Shown in pieces: positions 27,242-36,566 of a stretch of 64,000 bases of DNA (position 1 is the first letter of the stretch; each line of letters starts with the position of its first letter). Under the pieces are notes generated by a model. It was not told where the DNA came from, did not search any database, and worked only from the letters and a program-made list of their open reading frames with translations. The DNA is from Gemmatimonadota bacterium (GTDB lineage: Bacteria; Gemmatimonadota; Gemmatimonadetes; Gemmatimonadales; GWC2-71-9): the NCBI GenBank assembly GCA_036679605.1, contig JAZDCZ010000243.1, positions 1 through 64,000 on the forward strand, written 5' to 3'. A program made the translations under genes and the position numbers.

Positions 27242-29124
27242 AGGACGGTATCCAGCAGTGCTTCTACCGCCCGGCGACCCTCGGCGGTGGCACCCGTCCA
27301 ATTTTGGTGCCCGCGAAGTTCGGAGTGGCCGATCGCGATGCGCCCAAAGGGTTGGCGTATAACATCCGGCGGTGCCGTTGATCCATCCTGCGGAAACAGA
27401 AACTCCGGGCCTGGGTTCACGTACGCGTGTCCCCAGCGATTGAGAATGATGCCCGCGATGTCAGTCCGAGGGTCGAAACCGTGAGCGCCGAACAAACGTA
27501 CCATCTGCTCGCGTATCTGCCGTTCGTATTCCCGGAACGATGTTTGGAGCAGTTCCGTCCGCCCGCGCGTACCTTGCTCGACCGCTGGCCGGCCGGGGTA
27601 GTATAGCGGCACATAAAAGGTCATTACGATCGGTCTGTCGGGATGTAGCGAAGGACGATAGTCGCCCATCACCATCGGTCGCCTAATGTTGCACGAGAAC
27701 CCGAAGCCGCCGGACCACATGCAGGCCGTGACTCCTAATCGGTGCAGGAATCGCCAATTGGTGAGCGCCACGTTGGTGACCAACACCGACGAGTGACTGA
27801 ACGTGCCGTAGGCACGCTGATGTTCGGGCGGCAGGTCTCGCACAACGCGGCGATTCATCCAGCCGCCCGATGCCATGACGACGGCCCGCGCCGCTAGTCG
27901 ATACGTCGTGCCGTTTCGGACGTATGTAACGACCACACGCTCGGCAGGCGCAACTTTGCCCCGATGCTCCACGCGTACAACGGTGGAGTCTAGGCGAATG
28001 CGTACCGGATTGTCGGGCAGGTCGAGCGTGTCGAACGCGATCCGCTGTGTGATGACGTCGCCGATTTGCCGAGTGCCACCGATGGCATCGGGGACTAAGT
28101 TCTTGACGAAGAACCGTGCTATTCCTCCGTTGCCACCCGGAAACGAATGCACTGCGGGATAATCCGGCGGGCCACTGAAGCCAGGTAGGCTAAAATGTTG
28201 TCCCCAATAGGCTGAAATAGCATCGCAGCCCAGCCCGATGGCGCCCGCAAGTATCGGGTCGATGTAGGCGGTAACCTCGGGTGGCAGACCAGCGACGTCT
28301 TCCAAGTACGACTTGTAGGTCATCGAATCGAGCCAGCGGGGAATGTCATCCCTACGGTATGTCTCGACCAGTGTGCGTCGGGCGCGCAGTAACTCCCTGC
28401 GCGTCGATTCCGGCCACGGAGTGTTTGTGAGATCGTTGCGCCATATGTCGACGGCCCATGATCCGTTTGTGCCCGTACCGTTGCCGTCGAAGAAATGTCC
28501 TACAGTCGCCTGATCTGCTGTCCAGTGCATGAAGCCGTAGTTGTCCAAGGGAAACTCTAGCTCGCCAAGATTTTGGTCCCACTCCTGGTAGGCGAACTCG
28601 CGCGGTATTCCCAGTGAGGTGAAGTAATCCTCTGGGCCTCCGGTAACCGGCACCGGTATGAAATCGTTGGATCCCTGGGGTCCTATCAGCCGCTCGCCGT
28701 CTACCATGAATTCGTTGCGCTTGGCTTCGCCGCCGAATAACGGATGGTTCTCGAGAATCAAACAACGGCCGGACGGGCGTTCTTGTCGAAAGCGCAATGC
28801 CGCGGCCATCCCTGCGAAACCGCCGCCCACGATCACGAGGTCGTATTCTTCTGCGGTGTCTACCGCGTCAGAGACGGGCTCATCAAACGCGCCATCGCGA
28901 ACCGAGTGCGCCACGCGGAGAACGTCGGGGGTGTTGCCGTGCGACGACGCGTAGTCACCCACCCCGCCGTAGCCGTACCACTCAGCGCCTTGATTCGCCG
29001 GGCTGTGCCGAGATTTCGGCAGCACGAGCATGCCACCAACACTCGCCGCCGAGACGTTGATGAAGTCGCGGCGCGTGATGTTGCTGTCGAGTCCCAAATC
29101 GTGGTCGTACGAGTGATTTGTCAT
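27238..29124 (-). CDS. Tat-exported FAD oxidoreductase, spermidine dehydrogenase (SpdH)-like
   Basis: ITRRDF Tat motif, VGGGFAG, LENHPLFGGEAKRNEF, NRWGHAY. Confidence 0.8.
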   Translation of the reverse strand: MTNHSYDHDLGLDSNITRRDFINVSAASVGGMLVLPKSRHSPANQGAEWYGYGGVGDYASSHGNTPDVLRVAHSVRDGAFDEPVSDAVDTAEEYDLVIVGGGFAGMAAALRFRQERPSGRCLILENHPLFGGEAKRNEFMVDGERLIGPQGSNDFIPVPVTGGPEDYFTSLGIPREFAYQEWDQNLGELEFPLDNYGFMHWTADQATVGHFFDGNGTGTNGSWAVDIWRNDLTNTPWPESTRRELLRARRTLVETYRRDDIPRWLDSMTYKSYLEDVAGLPPEVTAYIDPILAGAIGLGCDAISAYWGQHFSLPGFSGPPDYPAVHSFPGGNGGIARFFVKNLVPDAIGGTRQIGDVITQRIAFDTLDLPDNPVRIRLDSTVVRVEHRGKVAPAERVVVTYVRNGTTYRLAARAVVMASGGWMNRRVVRDLPPEHQRAYGTFSHSSVLVTNVALTNWRFLHRLGVTACMWSGGFGFSCNIRRPMVMGDYRPSLHPDRPIVMTFYVPLYYPGRPAVEQGTRGRTELLQTSFREYERQIREQMVRLFGAHGFDPRTDIAGIILNRWGHAYVNPGPEFLFPQDGSTAPPDVIRQPFGRIAIGHSELRGHQNWTGATAEGRRAVEALLDTVL

Positions 29125-29253
29125 GGGCGGGATGTACTCCTTAGGGATATACGGCCACGGATCATTGACTAGGATACGGATTTACGCAGCTTGCACGGAC
29201 CGAGGAGCGGACCCGCGTCCCTAACGATCATCCGCGGCAGTTCCTCCTTAGTC

Positions 29254-29904
29254 CTAGCGCTTAAGCGCGAACGCCCCGATGTGTATATCCAAGTTGTGGT
29301 TGATCCGCATCCCAACGATCCCGTCGGTGTCGATACCGGACTTGGGAGCGCGGAACACCTCGATGCCGTTGACCAAGAACACCACTTCGTTCGTCTTTAT
29401 CTGGATGCTCATCGCGTTTGTAGCTTTACCGTCCTCGTCTTCGACATCGATAGCATCGTGTTTCGCCCACCCACCCTTTCCCTCGCTCAGCAACGTCAGG
29501 TCCGTCCCGTTGCGCTGCTTCACCAGGTACACGCCGTCGCCGCGAACGAGGAAGTAGGTATACCGCTGGCCGGCTCCCATGAGATCGCTGCCGCCGATGA
29601 TCAATCCGTAGCCATGGGCGTGTCCGAGCGAGCTGGTCTGGGTGAACGACCCGGATGCCGTATAGGTGCCGGATGCGGCATCTCCTTCGCGGAAGAGAAT
29701 GACGGCCGGACCCACGGTCACGTGCCAGCCACTCCCCATCGTACGGAAGTTGAGGTTTTTTAGGCTGCCGCGGTCGGGGCGTGCCTGCCATCCTTCGGCC
29801 AGGACTCCACCATCGGCAATAGCTTGGTCTGCATCGTGCTCCTGGGCGACGGCAGATGAAACGGTGCACAGTGCCGCGACGGCGGCAACCAGGATCGAAC
29901 GCAT
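29254..29904 (-). CDS. Exported beta-sandwich protein (DUF1080/concanavalin-like, uncertain)
   Basis: Signal peptide, beta-rich, FLVNG..DGIVGMRINH ending. Confidence 0.65.
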   Translation of the reverse strand: MRSILVAAVAALCTVSSAVAQEHDADQAIADGGVLAEGWQARPDRGSLKNLNFRTMGSGWHVTVGPAVILFREGDAASGTYTASGSFTQTSSLGHAHGYGLIIGGSDLMGAGQRYTYFLVRGDGVYLVKQRNGTDLTLLSEGKGGWAKHDAIDVEDEDGKATNAMSIQIKTNEVVFLVNGIEVFRAPKSGIDTDGIVGMRINHNLDIHIGAFALKR

Positions 29905-29982
29905 GGGTAACCTCACAGTCAAAGAGTTAGAGGGCTCTGTGATTTAGCTCGAAATCGGAACGATGTCCATACTAACCCGGCG

Positions 29983-32544
29983 TTACCTGGTCTGTTCCTT
30001 CATCAGGTTAAGCTCCGCGATATCGGGATCCCAGTGCATGTCGCCGAGTAGGTGCTTGACGAAATATTCCGCCCGCAGCCAGAACCAGTAGTTCCTCATG
30101 TCACCGTAGCCATGGCGTTGTCCCGGGAACATGAAGAAATCAAAGCGTTTGTTCGCCTTGATGAGCGCCTCTGCCATACGGTACGTGTTCGCAGGGTGGA
30201 CATTGTTGTCGATATCTCCGGTAGTGAGCAGGAGATGTCCCTTGAGGTTTTTCGCTAGATCAGAGTTCTTCTTGATGTCGTACTTGAAAGAAACCTTTCC
30301 GGAGTCGTCGACTACTTCTTCTACGCCGTGGTGCGTTTCCGACCACCAGCGGTTGTAGACGTCGTTGGTATGGTTGCCTGACGATGACACGGCGACCTTG
30401 AAGAAGTCGGGATAGACGAGCATTGCGGCGGTCGACATGAACCCACCACCCGAGTGACCGTAAATGCCGACGCGCTCGATATCGACGAAGTCGTGGCGGT
30501 CGGCGAGTTGTTCGACAGCGGCCTTCTTATCTGCGAGCCCGTAATCTCGGAGATTGCCGTAGCCGTAGTTGTGGTACCACTTGGATCGCGCTGGGTGGCC
30601 GCCGCGGTTTCCCACTGTAATCACGATCATACCGAATTGCGCCAGTGCCGTCTCGTAGCGGTTGGTCGAGAAGGACTTGGAAACTGCCTCTGTCTGTGGC
30701 CCCGGATAAACGTACGCAACGATCGGATACACTTTCGTTGAATCAAAATCGAACGGCTTGTAGATCACCCCATAAAGGTCGGTGATGTGGTCGGCGGCCT
30801 TCACGGTATAGGGCTCTGGAAAATGGTATCCTGCCTCCATTAGTTTGGAGAAGTCTGCCTCCTCCAAGTCCATGATCTTTCTGCCGGTTGCATCGAATAA
30901 CGCCGAAGCAGGTGTGGTGTTGACCCGCGAATAGTTGTCGACAAAGAACCGGGTCGACTCGCCCATCCTGACCCTGTGATCGAAGTTGCCAGGGTCGATC
31001 AGCTGGAGCCTCCCTCCGTCCACGTTCACGCGGTAGATGTGCTGGTAGTATGGATCCTCGCCGGGTTCGCGCCCATCTGCCGAGAAATAGACGGTGCCAC
31101 GTGCTTGATCTACGTTTACCACGCTTCGCACCGAGAACGGTCCCTCCGTGAGCCGGTTCTTGAGCGTACCGTCCGGCCCAAAGCGATACAGGTGAGCCCA
31201 TCCGTCACGTTCGGACCACCATATCATGTCGCCCGAATCGAGCAATTCGAGTCGCCGAGTCTCAGTGTAGGTGTTGAGTCGCTCCTCGATCAGTACAGTA
31301 ACCTCGCCGGTTGTGGCGTCCGCTACGCCTACGTCGACGCGGTGTCGATCGCGGCTCGTACGAACGAAATAGAGCTGATCCGAGTTGTCTGCCAGCCAAA
31401 GAGATCGCCGCGGCTCATCGCTATCCGGATAAATAAACTGACGCGCGGTGAGGATGCTGATATCCTGATCCTTGAAACTCTCCGCTTTTATGGTCGTCAT
31501 CTCCCGATTCTGGAGATCGTAGGCTAGTAGCTCCGACTGCGTGACATTTTCCTCGCCGGGCATGTCGTACCTGTAGCTCTCGAGTTCGGGCCGCTTGTTC
31601 CCGGTTGAATGGATAACCCACAGGTCCTTTGTCTTGCGTTGGTCCGATCGCACCAGAGCGAAGCGGCGGGAGTCTTTAGACCACGTTATGCGACTCGCTC
31701 GCTTGCGCTTATCCTTGTTCTTCTCTTTCTCATTGTCGGTATCACCGCGCCCGCCGGTTGCGTAGCTGTAGTGCTCTTCACCGTCGGTGGTGAGCTGGAT
31801 TTCTTCGACCTCGATTTTTTCTCCGGCTTTGTCGGCTTCCTTGCCGTCCTTGCCACGCCGCGCATCGAGAATTGTGTCGTAAGCTGCGGCACTCATCATG
31901 TAGAGGTTGTGATGCTTGGCAAACACTACCGTCTGGCCGTCAGGCGATACGCTTGCCCACGAAGGGTGGTTGTCCGGTGCTTCGAAGTCGTCCAGTTCGC
32001 GAAGCGTGCGAGTCTGCACGTCGTACTCGAAGTGGAACATTTGTTTCTTTGCCTGCTTCTTCTCAGGCGTTCCTTCTTCTTGCTGCTGTTCTTCGTCATC
32101 CTCTTCAACGTCCGCTTCGGCGGTCTTTTCTTCATCCTGTGAAGATTCCACTTCGAACTGCAGTGTGTTCCCGTCGATGAACTTGATTTTCTTAATGGGC
32201 AGGTGCTGCCCGTCCCACGGATCCTTGGTGATCCTCGTCAGTTCCGCCGCGATCCGGTCGTTGTCGAAGATAAGGCGCTTTGTGCCTTGCACGGGATCGA
32301 CGATATAGTAGGACTTGCCGTTCGAGGTCTCCCACTCGTACCAAAACTTCTGGCTTCCCTCGATCCAGCGCGGACTCACTGACGTGCTGTATATGAGTTC
32401 GTTGATCCTGTAGGGTGCGAACCGCCCGGCAAGGCGGTAGTTGGCGGTGGTGACGTGGCGGTCGGTCTGGGCTGCGAGTTGGGACGCGGTGACCGTGGCC
32501 ACGATCATGTAGAAGGACAAACAATAGGCAAATCGCCGAGCCAT
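29983..32544 (-). CDS. S9B dipeptidyl peptidase IV family protein
   Basis: Signal peptide, DPP-IV propeller, GHSGGG nucleophile, DNNVH Asp, RHGY His. Confidence 0.92.
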   Translation of the reverse strand: MARRFAYCLSFYMIVATVTASQLAAQTDRHVTTANYRLAGRFAPYRINELIYSTSVSPRWIEGSQKFWYEWETSNGKSYYIVDPVQGTKRLIFDNDRIAAELTRITKDPWDGQHLPIKKIKFIDGNTLQFEVESSQDEEKTAEADVEEDDEEQQQEEGTPEKKQAKKQMFHFEYDVQTRTLRELDDFEAPDNHPSWASVSPDGQTVVFAKHHNLYMMSAAAYDTILDARRGKDGKEADKAGEKIEVEEIQLTTDGEEHYSYATGGRGDTDNEKEKNKDKRKRASRITWSKDSRRFALVRSDQRKTKDLWVIHSTGNKRPELESYRYDMPGEENVTQSELLAYDLQNREMTTIKAESFKDQDISILTARQFIYPDSDEPRRSLWLADNSDQLYFVRTSRDRHRVDVGVADATTGEVTVLIEERLNTYTETRRLELLDSGDMIWWSERDGWAHLYRFGPDGTLKNRLTEGPFSVRSVVNVDQARGTVYFSADGREPGEDPYYQHIYRVNVDGGRLQLIDPGNFDHRVRMGESTRFFVDNYSRVNTTPASALFDATGRKIMDLEEADFSKLMEAGYHFPEPYTVKAADHITDLYGVIYKPFDFDSTKVYPIVAYVYPGPQTEAVSKSFSTNRYETALAQFGMIVITVGNRGGHPARSKWYHNYGYGNLRDYGLADKKAAVEQLADRHDFVDIERVGIYGHSGGGFMSTAAMLVYPDFFKVAVSSSGNHTNDVYNRWWSETHHGVEEVVDDSGKVSFKYDIKKNSDLAKNLKGHLLLTTGDIDNNVHPANTYRMAEALIKANKRFDFFMFPGQRHGYGDMRNYWFWLRAEYFVKHLLGDMHWDPDIAELNLMKEQTR

Positions 32545-32656
32545 CGAGAAACCCTCCGTCAGATCGTTTTGAATTGAATGTTGTGCTTGCAAAGAGACGG
32601 CCTAAAGCGCTTTCGCGCAATAGGCCGCATATCTATTCGCTGAGTGCCTAGCCGAC

Positions 32657-33874
32657 TTATCTCCTCCGGCTGCCTCCGCCTCTCCTCGATCTCAACGAAG
32701 GACCTTGTGGTCGTGAGATTTCTTTGCGCTCACTGGGCTGGATGGGTTCCACGGCCGGCTCGAAACCCGGTACGGTTTCACGAACCAGCGTTTGGCCCAG
32801 TAGTTTTTCGATGTCCAACATCAGTAACCACTCGTCTGGTGACATAAGGGTCAAGGCTATCCCCTCGGCCCCGGCGCGTGCGGTCCGACCCACTCGGTGA
32901 ATATAGATTTCCGGGTCGGCCGGTACGTCGTAGTTCACTACCATTGCGATGTTGTCGACGTCGATGCCACGAGCGGCGACGTCTGTCGCCACTAGAATCC
33001 GAGTCTTACCATTCTTGAACTGCTCGAGTGCCTTGTTGCGGGAACTCTGGGTCTTGCCGCCGTGCAGCGCAGAGGCGTTGCTTCCGTCGCGACGCAGATG
33101 GCGGGTGAGCTTGTCAGCTCCGTACTTGGTGCGTGTGAACACCAGTGCGCGGCCTTCCGGTACTTCCTTCAACTTCTCGGCGAGGACTCCGCGCTTCTCG
33201 GACTTATCAACTGCGACGAGAACGTGCTTTACACCTTCGGCGGCCTCAGCGCGCCGCCCGATCTCGACCGCGGCATGTCCCTGCATGGCGCGTCGCGCCA
33301 AACGATCGACGTCTCCGGAAATAGTCGCGGAAAAGAACAGTGTCTGACGTTTGGCCGGCAACGAATCGAGTATTCGGTTTACGTCACGAGCGAATCCCAT
33401 GTCGAGCATGCGGTCAGCCTCGTCGAGCACCAGCACCTGGAGCTTAGAACTGTCCACGTGTCCGCGACCCATATGATCGAGGAATCGTCCTGGCGTTGCG
33501 ATCACGATTTCGACGCCACCTTGGAGTGCGCGTGTCTGCGGGACCATACCGACGCCACCGTAAACGGCCGCCGATTTCACCTTACAGTGGCGGCCGTACG
33601 TCTTGGCGCTGTTCAACACCTGCTCTGCCAGTTCACGAGTCGGCACAAGGACGAGAGCTTGTAACTTGCCGCGCGGGCTGGATTTCAAGCGCTGTAGGAT
33701 AGGCAATAGAAAAGCGGCCGTCTTGCCCGTTCCGGTCTGTGCAGAGCCGACCAAGTCGCGGCCCGCGAGCCCAACTGGTATCGCTTGCTTCTGAATCGGT
33801 GTGGGACTGGTGTAACCCTGGTCCTTGACGGCCCTCAAAAGTTCGGGCGCAAGGCCCAATGAATCAAATGACAT
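32657..33874 (-). CDS. DEAD-box RNA helicase (RhlE-like)
   Basis: PTPIQ, AQTGTGKT, PTRELA, DEAD, SAT, ARGID, HRVGRTARAG. Confidence 0.95.
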   Translation of the reverse strand: MSFDSLGLAPELLRAVKDQGYTSPTPIQKQAIPVGLAGRDLVGSAQTGTGKTAAFLLPILQRLKSSPRGKLQALVLVPTRELAEQVLNSAKTYGRHCKVKSAAVYGGVGMVPQTRALQGGVEIVIATPGRFLDHMGRGHVDSSKLQVLVLDEADRMLDMGFARDVNRILDSLPAKRQTLFFSATISGDVDRLARRAMQGHAAVEIGRRAEAAEGVKHVLVAVDKSEKRGVLAEKLKEVPEGRALVFTRTKYGADKLTRHLRRDGSNASALHGGKTQSSRNKALEQFKNGKTRILVATDVAARGIDVDNIAMVVNYDVPADPEIYIHRVGRTARAGAEGIALTLMSPDEWLLMLDIEKLLGQTLVRETVPGFEPAVEPIQPSERKEISRPQGPSLRSRRGGGSRRR

Positions 33875-34347
33875 CTTTACTTTTACATCCTTCAATAAGG
33901 CGTACGCAGGCATACCAGGTGACGTCCGTGTCACCGGAATGCGATGCGGTTGTTTGTCTGAACCTGAAGAATGAAGAACGACGAGTCTAAAACGCGCCGG
34001 TGCCCATGCTTAAGCGGGGACCGTTCTACGTGAGCGGAAGGATACCAGCTTGCGGTTCGTGCTACGGGAACAAAGCTAATCGCTTCCTTGGTCGAGCGCT
34101 AGGTGTGATCGCTTAAGTCGGTGCGCCACATTGTGTTAAGTAGCTAGGTGTAGCCGGATAGCCGGACTAGCCATCACGAAGTCAGTTTGGGCTTGAGCAA
34201 GGGTCGGCGGTCTGAAATCGGGGTCAGGCGGCCGAATCTCGCTCCTGGACGCCGCGCCCACTAGGGGATATCTTCGCTGGCTATCAGAGCCGCCGTCACT
34301 GCGTTAGCCGGTCCCGGCTCCGTCCGATTCCCATCTATGGAGGCACT

Positions 34348-35112
34348 ATGTCAAGTCGTAAGGTATTACCCACCATTCTCGTGGCGCTCCTGCTGGCCGT
34401 CATGAGTCAAAGCGCTTGGGCCCAGGCGAGCAACCTTGCCCAGCTCTACACCTTTTCTCCTAAACAGGGCATGTCTGTTGGGTTCGAGAGTGCTCTCAAG
34501 CAACATGTTGAATGGCGGATGCAGAACAACGACCCGTGGAGTTGGACTACCTACCAAGTAATCCAGGGCGACAACCTGGGCGATTTTGTGGTTCGCTCGG
34601 CAGACCACGGCTGGGCTGACTTCGACGCCTACGACGCGGGCTTCGGCCCCAAAGGAAGCGTCCAGTTCCTGGCTACCGTAGGTCCGCTTATGGAGTCAGA
34701 GACCTCCTCGATAACGGCGCTCGATACAGCGCACGTGCGACTACCGGAAGACCTGGCTGCGATCACCTTGATTCAGGTCATCACGTACCAAGTGAAGCCT
34801 GACCAAGGGCAGAAGTTCAATGAGGCCATAGGCAAGATCCACGATGCGATCGTGAAGAAAGACTATCCCGTACACTATGTTTTCGTCAATCAGGTTGTCG
34901 GTGGTGCGGGACCGGCCGTAACTCTGGTAGTACTCTTCGAAAATTGGGCTGCCTTCGAAGATCCTGACCAGCCCATGGCGGCACTGCTCGCCGAAGTCTA
35001 CGGTCAGGAAGAAGCTGGCAAGATATTTGAGGAGTTCTCCGGCAGCTTTACGTCGGTCGAGAGTTCCGTGCTGCGGGTTCGGCCGGATCTTTCAGTGACT
35101 TCAGGCATGTAG
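34348..35112 (+). CDS. Exported hypothetical protein, two-repeat (NIPSNAP-like)
   Basis: GGAGG RBS, signal peptide AWA, internal repeat HGWADFD / ENWAAFE, RVRPDLS end. Confidence 0.8.
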   Translation: MSSRKVLPTILVALLLAVMSQSAWAQASNLAQLYTFSPKQGMSVGFESALKQHVEWRMQNNDPWSWTTYQVIQGDNLGDFVVRSADHGWADFDAYDAGFGPKGSVQFLATVGPLMESETSSITALDTAHVRLPEDLAAITLIQVITYQVKPDQGQKFNEAIGKIHDAIVKKDYPVHYVFVNQVVGGAGPAVTLVVLFENWAAFEDPDQPMAALLAEVYGQEEAGKIFEEFSGSFTSVESSVLRVRPDLSVTSGM

Positions 35113-35248
35113 CGCTCTATTGCAAGAATGGTGTGGGGGCTCGGGAACACCGGGCCTCCACGCCGCACGCAGTCGAAATCCTCCGTTACACCTCTGGGAG
35201 CGTGCACACATCGCGCTGGACATCCTCACCGAGGGTCGAAACGATCCT

Positions 35249-36556
35249 TCAGGTGTCTGGCACGGGCAGTTCCACGATAGGTCGCATGCTCTGTTGCTTG
35301 GTGACCTGAACGGTCGAGCGCTGCAATTGCCGCACGAGAATCAGCCACAGCAACGCAGCCACCAACATAAACGATGTAATTCCTGAGGTGCCTCGGCCCT
35401 CGAGCTGATCGGCTGTAGCACCGCTGAGCCAAATGAGCACGAAAACAGCGGCGAGGCCTTCACCCAACCGTGCCCCAATTCCATCGATTACAAGCTTGAC
35501 CATGTTACGGGTTCCCCGCGAGATGGGCACGAATGTCTGTTCCCAGTTGGATCGATGGACCGACGACTTAAGACCTCCTTCCGTTGCTCGCACACCCGAC
35601 CGCAATAGAAGCGATGGGCTAGCGAGAAGCATGGCTGCGCCCCCGACAAGTGCTGCCGGTAGGATCAGAAGACTTCCCCTGACGCCGATGCGACGTTGCA
35701 ACTTTGGCACGATCAGCACCTGAACGACCAAGGCGGCAATGTTGAGTACAGTGTAAAGATCAGCGAACAGTGCGGCGCTTTCCTTAGCGTCGTTTCCCGC
35801 TGTTGCCGCGGCAAAATAGAATTGAAACTCTACGATGATACCAGTGACCGCCCCCATTACGGCGATCGCAAGGAGGCCCAACATGTAGGGCTCGAGGATA
35901 ATCTCGCGAAGCCTGCGTCGCGGCGTGTCTTGGGATACAGGCGATGGTTGCATGTGCAGCGGGAAACGGCGCTGGGCTAGCAGGGTGACAGTTGCCGAGG
36001 CGACTATGAATGCGGCGCCAAATAGGATCAAGTCGGCGGGCGCGACGAACTCCGAAAGCGCTCGGGCAAGGATGCCACCAATGATACCGCCGCTAATTGT
36101 TGCGCCGCCAATCACTCCGTATGGCTTTGCTCGACTCTCTTCAGGTACGCGATCGAAGAGATCTGCTGCCAGCAACCATTGCAACGAGAACAGCACGCCG
36201 AAAGCGAGTGGCACGATCATGAAGAACGCGGTCATGAGCAAGCCACCGCCCGGCCGCACCACACTGTAGAAACCCGATAAGACGAGTGCCAGGGCGAGTG
36301 GCGCGACGATTCTCAACAAACGGGGGCCGATGGCTCGCATGAGCCCTATTACACCCAGCGCCATCGGGATCGACAAGACGGCGATACCCACGTAGGCTCT
36401 TGGCAGATCGAGTAGCCCGCCACCCTGGAAGTACAGCGCGTCCCGAGCGGTCCTGGTGAGCACCAGAGATGTGCTCATCAACAACATTGCCCCTGCGGTA
36501 TACGCAGTCCGGTGCGAGAGATTCGCCTCTCCAGCATCCGGAACGCGTTCTACCAT
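35249..36556 (-). CDS. Npt/AAA-family (ATP:ADP antiporter-like) MFS transporter 2; possible Sec readthrough extends it to 35186
   Basis: RTARDALY, QWLLAADLF, SLLILP, EGGLKSSVHRSNWEQTFVPI..R..KLVIDG..RLGE; about 12 TM helices. Confidence 0.8.
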   Translation of the reverse strand: MVERVPDAGEANLSHRTAYTAGAMLLMSTSLVLTRTARDALYFQGGGLLDLPRAYVGIAVLSIPMALGVIGLMRAIGPRLLRIVAPLALALVLSGFYSVVRPGGGLLMTAFFMIVPLAFGVLFSLQWLLAADLFDRVPEESRAKPYGVIGGATISGGIIGGILARALSEFVAPADLILFGAAFIVASATVTLLAQRRFPLHMQPSPVSQDTPRRRLREIILEPYMLGLLAIAVMGAVTGIIVEFQFYFAAATAGNDAKESAALFADLYTVLNIAALVVQVLIVPKLQRRIGVRGSLLILPAALVGGAAMLLASPSLLLRSGVRATEGGLKSSVHRSNWEQTFVPISRGTRNMVKLVIDGIGARLGEGLAAVFVLIWLSGATADQLEGRGTSGITSFMLVAALLWLILVRQLQRSTVQVTKQQSMRPIVELPVPDT

Positions 36557-36566
36557 TTCCAAGTCT

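Noticed and set aside
33875..34347. Riboswitch or ncRNA in the long helicase leader
   Set aside because: Only a short GGTGAC/GTCACC hairpin and TAGCCGGA x2 were seen; no family recognised, and an Rfam search would be needed
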